Shown in pieces: positions 56,643 through 64,000 of a stretch of DNA of 64,000 nucleotides. Numbering within the stretch: position 1 is the first letter of the stretch; the number at the start of each line of letters is the position of its first letter. Made by a program: the position numbers and the translations under genes. This stretch comes from Candidatus Bathyarchaeota archaeon. GTDB lineage: Archaea; Thermoproteota; Bathyarchaeia; TCS64. Location of the stretch: contig JASFTK010000001.1 of assembly GCA_050053595.1 (NCBI GenBank), positions 25,842 to 89,841 of the forward strand, written 5' to 3'. The notes beneath the pieces were generated by a model. The model was not told the DNA's origin. It made no database searches and saw only the letters and a program-made list of their open reading frames with translations.

Positions 56643-58334
56643 ATGGTTGAGATGTCCGGTGCCAAGGCTTTCGTCGAGGCCTTAGGATTGGAGGGAGTCA
56701 AGACCTTGTTCGGGGTCACAGGTGGCGCAGTCCTGCCAATCTGCGATGAACTCTGGGACAGCGACCTCAGGTTTATCATGGCGCGACACGAACAGGGAGC
56801 AGCTCATATGGCCGACGGCTTCGCTAGGGCCAGTGGCTCAGTGGGGGTCTGTCTGGCAACATCCGGGCCTGGGGCGACTAACCTGATCACGGGGATAGCT
56901 ACTGCCAATATAGATTCCTCTCCTGTTGTAGCCTTCACGGGTCAGGTCCCTCTGTCAATGGTGGGGACCGATGCGTTCCAAGAGGTGGATATCATCGGTA
57001 TATCGGCGTCTGCCACCAAGTATAACGTCCAGGTCAGGCGTCCGGCTGATATTCCCCTTGCGGTTAAATCAGCGTTCCACATCGCGTCCACTGGACGCCA
57101 AGGCGCCGTCTTGGTTGACCTTCCCAAGGATTGCCAGATCAACATCGAAGATATGGAGTTCCCCGAGGAGGTATCCTTCAGGGGTTACAAGGTCGATTTA
57201 GCGCCTAACCCCAGAGAGTTGGAATGGGCAGCGACATTGTTAGCTAAATCCCAGAGACCCGTCATCATTGCGGGGGGTGGGGTCATCGCCTCGGACGCCT
57301 CTGAGGAGCTGATGAGTGTCGCCGAGATGCTCATGGCGCCGGTGGTCACAAGTCTCATGGGCAAGGGAGTGGTCCCCAGCGATCACCCGCTGTTCGCGGG
57401 GCTATGTGGTATGCATGGGACTGGAGAGGCAAACCTACTGGTCTCGGACGCCGATGTCCTCCTGGTGGTGGGTTCCCGTTTCAGCGACAGGACAACCGCA
57501 CGACTAGAGGACTTCAGCCCTTACTCCAAGATCATCCATATCGACATCGACAAGAGCGAGATCGACAAGAACGTCGAGACGGTGACCCGTGTCATCGGGG
57601 ACGCCAAACTCGCACTACAAGGCATCATCGAACGCCTCAAGAAGTTAAGTTACCAGCCCCGGGCTCACAAGGACTGGCTAAAAAAGATGGATAAATTCAA
57701 GGAACAGTACAAACCCCCTGAGATATCCAACAACCCCCACATGAAAGCCCCCTCCGTTATGAAGGCCCTCCGGAAAGCCCTCCCCCGGGACGCCCTGGTC
57801 ACTACTGAGGTCGGTCAGAACCAGATGTGGGCAGCTCTCTATTTCGACGTCTATGCACCCCGTACGTTCTTCAGCTCGGGGGGTCTGGGGACCATGGGCT
57901 GGGGTTTCCCCGCTGCAATCGGGATTAAAGCCGCGAGGCCAGAGCTTCCGGTGGTGGATATCGCGGGGGACGGTAGCTTCAGCATGACCGAGAACAACCT
58001 CGCGACCTGTGTCGAGGAGGAGCTACCGGTGATAGTCGTCGTCCTCAATAACAAGATGTTGGGGATGGTGGCCCAATGGCAGAGGCTCTTCTACGGTCGT
58101 AGGTACATGGCCGTAGAACTTGGCGAGTCCCCTGACTTCGTAAAGCTCGCTGAGGCTTATGGCGCCGTGGGTGTCAGGCCGGAGACTATCGAGGAGTTTG
58201 AGAAGGCGGTGGGGATAGCTGTCAAGGACGAGGTGACGACGGTGATTGATGTACCTATTGACCCTGAGGAGAACGTCTTCCCTATGGTGCCACCGGGGAA
58301 AGGGCTCAGGGACATCCTTGTGGAGGCGGACTGA
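56643..58334 (+). CDS. ilvB: acetolactate synthase large subunit
   Basis: ThDP enzyme with GDGSF...NN motif. 563 aa. Confidence 0.9.
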   Translation: MVEMSGAKAFVEALGLEGVKTLFGVTGGAVLPICDELWDSDLRFIMARHEQGAAHMADGFARASGSVGVCLATSGPGATNLITGIATANIDSSPVVAFTGQVPLSMVGTDAFQEVDIIGISASATKYNVQVRRPADIPLAVKSAFHIASTGRQGAVLVDLPKDCQINIEDMEFPEEVSFRGYKVDLAPNPRELEWAATLLAKSQRPVIIAGGGVIASDASEELMSVAEMLMAPVVTSLMGKGVVPSDHPLFAGLCGMHGTGEANLLVSDADVLLVVGSRFSDRTTARLEDFSPYSKIIHIDIDKSEIDKNVETVTRVIGDAKLALQGIIERLKKLSYQPRAHKDWLKKMDKFKEQYKPPEISNNPHMKAPSVMKALRKALPRDALVTTEVGQNQMWAALYFDVYAPRTFFSSGGLGTMGWGFPAAIGIKAARPELPVVDIAGDGSFSMTENNLATCVEEELPVIVVVLNNKMLGMVAQWQRLFYGRRYMAVELGESPDFVKLAEAYGAVGVRPETIEEFEKAVGIAVKDEVTTVIDVPIDPEENVFPMVPPGKGLRDILVEAD

Positions 58335-58828
58335 TGGAGCAGCGCTATACCATCGCCTTCCTCGTTGAGAACAAGCCTGGGGTCCTCTTCAACGTCTCCA
58401 ACATGTTCCGGCGGCGGGGCTTCAACATTGAGAGCATCTCGGTGGGCCCCGTAGTGGAGAGTGATGTCGCCCGGATGACGGCGACAGTCGAGGCCGACAG
58501 CAGGGAACTGAACCAGATCGTCCTCCAACTTGAGAAGATGGTTGAAGTCATCAAGGTTAAACGCCTCGACCCGATGCGCAGTATCATGAGGGAGATGCTC
58601 CTCATCAAGCTGGACACCTCAGACCCCATGGCCAGGGAGGAGACCCTTAAGCACGTGAACACCTACCATGGTCTCATCCTCCACATAGACCCAGAATCAA
58701 TAATCGCTGAGGTGACAGGGGACCCCGAGGCCATAAACCAATTCATAAAGGTAACCCGACCGATAGGCATCAAAGAGCTATCTAGGACGGGGGTCACGGC
58801 ACTCGAGAAGGGGAGGCTCAAACTATAG
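58334..58828 (+). CDS. ilvN: acetolactate synthase small (regulatory) subunit
   Basis: An ACT domain (TIAFLVENKPGVL). Confidence 0.85.
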   Translation: MEQRYTIAFLVENKPGVLFNVSNMFRRRGFNIESISVGPVVESDVARMTATVEADSRELNQIVLQLEKMVEVIKVKRLDPMRSIMREMLLIKLDTSDPMAREETLKHVNTYHGLILHIDPESIIAEVTGDPEAINQFIKVTRPIGIKELSRTGVTALEKGRLKL

Positions 58829-58840
58829 GAGTGAATTGAG

Positions 58841-59827
58841 ATGGTGAAAGTATACCACGACCAAGACATAGACGAGAAGGCGCTAGAAGGCAAGAAGGTA
58901 GCCGTCATCGGGTACGGCAGTCAGGGGAGAGCCCAGGCCCTGAATATGAGGGACTCAGGGGTCGATGTCATTGTCGGCCTGAGGCCTGGGAGGTCATGGG
59001 AGAAGGCGGAGGCTGATGGCATGAGGGTTGAAACGGTCATCGACGCCGCAACAGAGGCGGATATAATGCTGATGTTGATCCCGGATATGGCTCAGCCCAC
59101 GGTCTACAAGGAGGAGGTCGCCCTCGCCCTCAAACCCGGGAAGACCCTCCAGTTCGCCCACGGGTTCAACATCCACTTCGGTCAGATCGAACCCCCTAAA
59201 GGCGTAGACGTCGTGATGGTGGCTCCTAAAGCCCCTGGCCCCGAGATGCGCCGCCAGTACGAGGAGGGCTTTGGGGTCCCGAGTCTGATCGCAGTTGCCC
59301 AAGACGCTACTGGACAAGCCAAAGAAACAGTCCTCGCTATCGCGAAGGCTCTGGGTTCCGGCCGGGCTGGAGTCATAGAGACCACTTTCAAGGATGAGAC
59401 TGAGAGCGACCTCTTCGGGGAGCAGTCGGTCCTCTGCGGGGGAGTCGACCAGCTCATCCGCCGGGGCTTCAAGGTCCTCACCGAGGCCGGATATCCACCT
59501 GAACTCTCTTACTTCGAAGTGTTGAACGAGTTGAAGCTCATTGTCGACCTCATCTACAAGGTTGGGATAAGTGGGATGTACGCTGCGGTCTCGGATACCG
59601 CAAAATTCGGCGGTATGTCCATGGGGCCCAAGATTGTAGACGACCGTGTCGAGGAGAATATGCGGAAAGCCCTCAGAGCGGTCCAGGACGGGAGCTTCGC
59701 AGAGAAGTGGATCGACGAGTACAAGGCTGGGTCCAAGGAGTTTACCCGCCTGTACGAGGAGTGCAAGAACCTGGAGATCGAGAAGGTTGGCAGAGAGGTC
59801 CGGCGGATGTCTGGCCTTGAGAAGTAA
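58841..59827 (+). CDS. ilvC: ketol-acid reductoisomerase
   Basis: Rossmann motif GYGSQG and similarity to KARI across the ORF. Confidence 0.9.
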   Translation: MVKVYHDQDIDEKALEGKKVAVIGYGSQGRAQALNMRDSGVDVIVGLRPGRSWEKAEADGMRVETVIDAATEADIMLMLIPDMAQPTVYKEEVALALKPGKTLQFAHGFNIHFGQIEPPKGVDVVMVAPKAPGPEMRRQYEEGFGVPSLIAVAQDATGQAKETVLAIAKALGSGRAGVIETTFKDETESDLFGEQSVLCGGVDQLIRRGFKVLTEAGYPPELSYFEVLNELKLIVDLIYKVGISGMYAAVSDTAKFGGMSMGPKIVDDRVEENMRKALRAVQDGSFAEKWIDEYKAGSKEFTRLYEECKNLEIEKVGREVRRMSGLEK

Positions 59828-59873
59828 CTCCAAAACCCTTTTTATACCTCTATATTAATTGAAGAGATTCAAT

Positions 59874-60914
59874 ATGTGTCAGCTTGCTGCTTACGTCGGG
59901 GAGAGGCCTATCGCGCCCTTACTTCTAAGGGCATTAGAGCTCCAGGAACCCTATTACGCAGGCCATGCCACGGGGTTGGGAGTGATCAACGGGGACTCCC
60001 TTGAGGTGGTTAAAGACAGCGGCCCGGTCGCGAAGGTCAAGCAGTCCACTGAGATAAGTTCCTTGGAGGCAACTGCGGGGATTGCCCACAGCAGGTACAA
60101 CGCCAAAGCCAGAGATGATGCACGGTACAACGCTAGGGAGATGGCCCACCCCTTCCTGAACGACAGCCGTGATCTCGCACTGATGCACAACGGTACTATC
60201 TACAACTACAAGGAGCACTGGACCCGCCTCAAGGAGAGTCACGCCTTCCAGTCCTATGTGGAGGAGATCGACAGCATCACGGACAGCGAGGTCGCCGTCC
60301 ACATGCTCAGTGATGCATTGGAAGAGGGTATATCGATGGGGGAAGCCCTCAGGAGCGTCACCACAAGACTCATCGGAGGATTCCTCTTAGCTGCCATAAC
60401 CCCCGAACACCCCGAGACCGTCTGGATCGCCAACTGGTTTCAACCCTGCGTCGTGGCGGTGGGAGATGATGAGACAATGTTCTGCAGCAGCAGAATTGGC
60501 TTCCACGATGTCCACGACGAGCTGGACAGGGTTTTCGAGCCTCCGAGGAACAGCATCCTGAAGTTGACCCCGGGGAAGGTCGAGGTGACCACCATGGACC
60601 CAGACCGCAGGGTTCTAGATTGGGAGATGGACGAGGGGAAGGCGGCGGAACTCATCATCAAGGCATTGAAGGAGGAGAAGGAACTCGGGATAAACAAACT
60701 GAACAACACCCTCTACCCCGCTGGTTGGGCCGAGATCTTCAGCGTGTCTCCGGAGACCTTCGATAAGGAGTACAAGAGAGGGTTCCGGTATGTCAACGAA
60801 TACTTCGCCTTCATGGACAAACTCGTTAAGGACGGCTTCATCCGGGAGAGGATCGCAATGAAGGATGAGGGTGGTTTCCCCTACACCCCCAGATTCACTT
60901 ACTCCATAGCCTGA
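59874..60914 (+). CDS. class II (Ntn, YafJ-type) glutamine amidotransferase domain protein with uncharacterised C-terminal domain
   Basis: A Met-Cys N-terminus (MCQLAAYVG) with SRYNAKA and PFLNDSRD resembles the GATase_4/EgtC/YafJ family. The start is moved to 59874. Confidence 0.6.
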   Translation: MCQLAAYVGERPIAPLLLRALELQEPYYAGHATGLGVINGDSLEVVKDSGPVAKVKQSTEISSLEATAGIAHSRYNAKARDDARYNAREMAHPFLNDSRDLALMHNGTIYNYKEHWTRLKESHAFQSYVEEIDSITDSEVAVHMLSDALEEGISMGEALRSVTTRLIGGFLLAAITPEHPETVWIANWFQPCVVAVGDDETMFCSSRIGFHDVHDELDRVFEPPRNSILKLTPGKVEVTTMDPDRRVLDWEMDEGKAAELIIKALKEEKELGINKLNNTLYPAGWAEIFSVSPETFDKEYKRGFRYVNEYFAFMDKLVKDGFIRERIAMKDEGGFPYTPRFTYSIA

Positions 60915-60970
60915 ATATTTAGGCCATCCTAAATATTTATATATTATATCTCATCATTTCATCCGATTAC

Positions 60971-61708
60971 ATGAGCAGCGAAAGCGTCGAGGAATACCTA
61001 GAAGCCATATACGCCTTCAACGAGGAGGGTAAGGTGGCCAAGAACACACAGCTGGCCAAGAGGCTCAAAGTCGCGCCTCCCAGTGTAACACAGATGGTCA
61101 AGAAGCTCGCTGAGGAAGGCCTCGTGGAATACAAGCCCTACAAGGGGGTCGCCTTAACCGGGAAAGGTATGGCTATGGCCCAGAAAGTGGTCAGGAAACA
61201 CCGGTTGCTGGAGAGGTTTCTTCACGATACCCTCGGTATGGACAAGGACAAGATCCATGAGGAGGCCTGCAGGATGGAGCACAGTCTCTCCGATGAGGCC
61301 GCCCTCGCCCTCTGCAAGGCACTCGAGAACCCCGAGACCTGCCCCGACGACCTTAAAGCCCTCCCCCCCTGCCCCCTAGACATAGAAGACTGCGAGGAGT
61401 GCGTAGCCGCCAGACCTGAAGGCACCATGGATCTACTCACTGAACTATCTAACCTCAAACCCGGCGAGGAAGGGAGGGTCGCCTTCATCAGGGCCGGAAC
61501 TAGCGCCTGTCAACGCCTCCTCGATATGGGTCTAACCCGAGGAGCCAAAGTCCAAGTACTGAACGCCGCTCCTTTCCAAGGCCCCATCGAAGTCAGCATC
61601 AGGGGCTCCTCCCTCGCTCTAGGCAGGGGTCTAGCCTCCAAGGTATTCGTCGAAGTCGCTAACGGAGTTGAGAAAGTCATCGCACACCCACACGGCCCCC
61701 ATCACTAG
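60971..61708 (+). CDS. DtxR/MntR-family metal-dependent repressor with C-terminal FeoA/SH3-like domain
   Basis: An N-terminal wHTH plus metal-binding helix (EACRMEHSLSDEA), a Cys-rich linker, then FeoA-like LKPGEEGRV. Confidence 0.8.
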   Translation: MSSESVEEYLEAIYAFNEEGKVAKNTQLAKRLKVAPPSVTQMVKKLAEEGLVEYKPYKGVALTGKGMAMAQKVVRKHRLLERFLHDTLGMDKDKIHEEACRMEHSLSDEAALALCKALENPETCPDDLKALPPCPLDIEDCEECVAARPEGTMDLLTELSNLKPGEEGRVAFIRAGTSACQRLLDMGLTRGAKVQVLNAAPFQGPIEVSIRGSSLALGRGLASKVFVEVANGVEKVIAHPHGPHH

Positions 61709-61735
61709 GTCTGGATTGTAGTAGGGGTACCAAGA

Positions 61736-63739
61736 TTGGGTAATATCCGGTCTCATGGTTTTTCACACGATGGATCTCGACATGGCCGTAGAAGGGGGGA
61801 GGACGAGCGCAAGCCCCTGAAGGTCGCCTTAGCGGGTAATGCCAACGTCGGGAAGAGCGTCATCTTCAACGAGCTCACGGGGCTCCACCAGCACGTTGGG
61901 AACTGGCCGGGAAAGACCGTGGAACGGGCCGAGGGCACCCTGGGGTTCCAAGGTCGTACCATAGACGTCCTAGATCTCCCAGGCATCTACAGCCTCTCCA
62001 CCTACAGCATCGAGGAACTGGTTAGCCGGGAGTACATCGCCGTCGATAGGCCCGATGTCCTGGTGAATGTCGTCGACGCCTCTACCCTGGAGAGGAACCT
62101 GTTCTTCACCCTCCAACTCTTGGAGCTTGAGCCCCGTATGGTCATCGCTCTCAACCAGATGGACGTCGCCGAGAAGAAGGGGATCAGGATAGACACCGAG
62201 AAGCTCTCAAAGGAACTGGGGGTCCCCGTCATCCCGACTGTGGCGGTGAAAGGCATAGGCCTCAAGGAATTGATGTCCGTAGTAGTAGAGATCGCCGAGG
62301 AAGATAGCGAACCCGCTGTCCCAATACTCTACGGACCAGAGGTCGAGGGGAGGCTCAGCGGGCTTGCTGAGAAGCTCAAGGGTTTAGATTCCCCCTACCC
62401 CACACGGTGGCTCGCCATCAAGCTCTTGGAGAGGGATGAGGAGATAGAGAAAACCGTCTATCCTGTCATGCCCCTGGTCGAGGGGGTGGTTGAGGAACTA
62501 TCCAGGGAGATCGGGGGGATCCACGGCCACGACGCCCCCAGCGTCCTAGCTTCCGAGAGATACGCCGTCGCGAACGGGGTTGCCTCCGCCGTCACGACCC
62601 ACCACGACCCTGAACGGGGGCCAGGGTTAAGGGTCAAGGAGCTCACATCCCACCCGGTGCTGGGTTACGTCTTTATGTTCGCCGTGATACTGGCCGTCTT
62701 CTACACCATATTCTCTTTTGGGGATTACACCACCGCCCTTTTAGAGTCGCTTTTCGGAGCCCTACGGGCGGTCTATGAGGGGTGGCTGGGTGTGGGGCCT
62801 GTCCAGACCTTTGTGTGGGAGGGGATCATCGAGGGTGTCGTGGCCGGGGTCACCATCGCCCTCCCCTATATCGTCCCGTTCTATCTGGTTCTGTCGGTGT
62901 TGGAGGACTCGGGGTATCTTGCTAGGATCGCTTTCCTGATGGACTCGGCGATGCACCGTATGGGGCTCCACGGGAAGGGTTTCATCCCCTTGATGTTGGG
63001 TTTCGGTTGCAGCGTCCCAGCGACCCTGGGGTGCAGGATCATGGAGACCGAGAGGGAGCGTCTCATCTGTGCCCTTACTGCGACCTTGATACCCTGTGCC
63101 GCCCGGAGCGTCGTTATCATGGGGTTAGTGGCTGAATATGTCGGCTTCGAGTGGGCTGTAGCCCTCTATCTTATGGATTTCGCCCTCATCTTCTTGCTGG
63201 GCCGGGTCGCCTTCAAAGCGCTCCCCGGTGAGCCGATGGGGCTTATCATGGAGATGCCTTCCTATCGTATGCCCTCGTTGAACGTGACCCTCAGGAGGTC
63301 TTGGATAAAGCTGGAGCACTTTGTCAAGGAGGCCTTCCCCATCATGGTGGCTGGTAACTTAGTTATCCAGATAGCGAAACAGCTCGGGTTACTGGAGACG
63401 GTGCAATGGATATTGAGGCCGGTCACGGTAGGCTGGCTCGGGCTGCCTGCTGCTGCAGGTGTCACCCTGATATTCGGGGTGCTGCGGAAGGAGCTAACCC
63501 TGATCCTGTTAGCCTCGATGTTGGGGACCGCAAACTTCGCCCAGATCCTGACCCCGGTACAGATGTTCGTCTTCTCATTCGTGGTGATGATCTATGTCCC
63601 ATGTATCGCCACCATAGGGGCCCTCGTCAAGGAGTTCGGCTACTGGAAAGCCGCCCTCATCAGCCTCACTGAGATCGGTCTAGCCCTAGCGCTGGGAGGC
63701 GTTATGTATAGGGCTATTACTGTCCTAGGCCTCCTTTAG
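61736..63739 (+). CDS. feoB: ferrous iron transporter FeoB
   Basis: G-domain GNANVGKS, DLPG and NQMD motifs plus a polytopic permease domain. The start is uncertain (TTG at 61736, no in-frame ATG). Confidence 0.85.
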   Translation: MGNIRSHGFSHDGSRHGRRRGEDERKPLKVALAGNANVGKSVIFNELTGLHQHVGNWPGKTVERAEGTLGFQGRTIDVLDLPGIYSLSTYSIEELVSREYIAVDRPDVLVNVVDASTLERNLFFTLQLLELEPRMVIALNQMDVAEKKGIRIDTEKLSKELGVPVIPTVAVKGIGLKELMSVVVEIAEEDSEPAVPILYGPEVEGRLSGLAEKLKGLDSPYPTRWLAIKLLERDEEIEKTVYPVMPLVEGVVEELSREIGGIHGHDAPSVLASERYAVANGVASAVTTHHDPERGPGLRVKELTSHPVLGYVFMFAVILAVFYTIFSFGDYTTALLESLFGALRAVYEGWLGVGPVQTFVWEGIIEGVVAGVTIALPYIVPFYLVLSVLEDSGYLARIAFLMDSAMHRMGLHGKGFIPLMLGFGCSVPATLGCRIMETERERLICALTATLIPCAARSVVIMGLVAEYVGFEWAVALYLMDFALIFLLGRVAFKALPGEPMGLIMEMPSYRMPSLNVTLRRSWIKLEHFVKEAFPIMVAGNLVIQIAKQLGLLETVQWILRPVTVGWLGLPAAAGVTLIFGVLRKELTLILLASMLGTANFAQILTPVQMFVFSFVVMIYVPCIATIGALVKEFGYWKAALISLTEIGLALALGGVMYRAITVLGLL

Positions 63740-63802
63740 ACCCCCCCCCCGCCCCTGCAGGTCCCCGGATGAATGATGAATAATCGTCCTGTTACGGCCC
63801 TC

Positions 63803-64000
63803 TCAGACCACTATCATCGTCAGAGTGCTGTGTACCTTGTCCAAATGTCTGATCTTGAGGCTGATAGCGTCTTTCAACTCCTGCATCGTAGGGGTCTCGA
63901 CGATGGCGATTATGTCGTAGACCCCGTAGACCACATGGGTTTCCTTGACCTCGGGGATGGGCCTGAGATCGCTGAGCACCTCTTCCTCGGCGCCTACCTC
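63803..64000 (-). CDS. Lrp/AsnC-family ligand-binding (RAM) domain protein, 3' part only
   Basis: The minus-strand translation EVGAEEEVLSDLRPIPEVKETHVVYGVYDIIAIVETPTMQELKDAISLKIRHLDKVHSTLTMIVV matches the RAM-domain pattern. The stop is at 63803-05 and the gene runs off the window edge. Confidence 0.6.
   Translation of the reverse strand, partial: EVGAEEEVLSDLRPIPEVKETHVVYGVYDIIAIVETPTMQELKDAISLKIRHLDKVHSTLTMIVV

Noticed and set aside
1-64000. Search for CRISPR arrays, IS elements/transposases, integrases, rRNA and tRNA genes
   Set aside because: No regularly spaced direct repeats, no transposase- or integrase-like ORFs, and no GTTCRANYC T-loop contexts with foldable cloverleaves were found by eye. 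A tRNAscan or Infernal run would be needed to exclude tRNAs and small RNAs definitively.

Overview
Archaeal chromosomal segment, roughly 58-60% GC, densely coded on both strands. The call as archaeal rests on the aIF-1A, Spt5, S19e, L39e, L31e, LX, L13e, P0/P1 stalk, prefoldin-alpha, pantoate kinase and phosphopantothenate synthetase genes, A/T-rich TATA-like intergenic promoters and T-tract terminators. No rRNA, tRNA, CRISPR or transposase genes were recognised by eye. The window falls into three zones. (1) 1-27 kb is an accessory-looking block rich in peptidases and amidohydrolases (DppA-like M55, two paralogous D-aminoacylase-family enzymes, M81 MlrC-like, M20, M24, DDAH-like, VOC/glyoxalase, CPBP protease), three MFS transporters and an Lrp regulator, together with housekeeping genes (ndk, nadC, nadA, nth). 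It also holds the main novelty candidate: a 214-aa eRF1/Pelota-superfamily paralog with a GGQ tripeptide at its extreme N-terminus, co-directional with an M20 metallopeptidase and preceded by 364 bp of apparently non-coding DNA. (2) 27.6-48.1 kb is core translation and secretion machinery (leuS, alaS, P1, S19e, L39e, L31e, LX, pfdA, ftsY, secE, spt5, L11, L1, P0, aIF-1A, L13, S9, L13e). It has local rearrangements: the P1 stalk gene is displaced next to alaS, a flavoprotein and an MFS gene are inserted between secE and spt5, and no rpoN follows S9. It also carries a formamidase / Zn-ribbon / QueG-like Fe-S protein / HpcH-aldolase group and a ferritin-like plus rubredoxin pair. Rubredoxin and L39e are too short for the ORF track. 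(3) 48-64 kb holds CoA biosynthesis (pantoate kinase, phosphopantothenate synthetase), thrC and ilvBNC, the latter preceded by a tandem 25-nt repeat carrying two overlapping mini-ORFs. It ends with a YafJ-type glutamine amidotransferase, a DtxR-FeoA regulator and feoB. Apparent frameshifts or sequence problems were seen in a RimK-like ATP-grasp gene and possibly at the feoB start.
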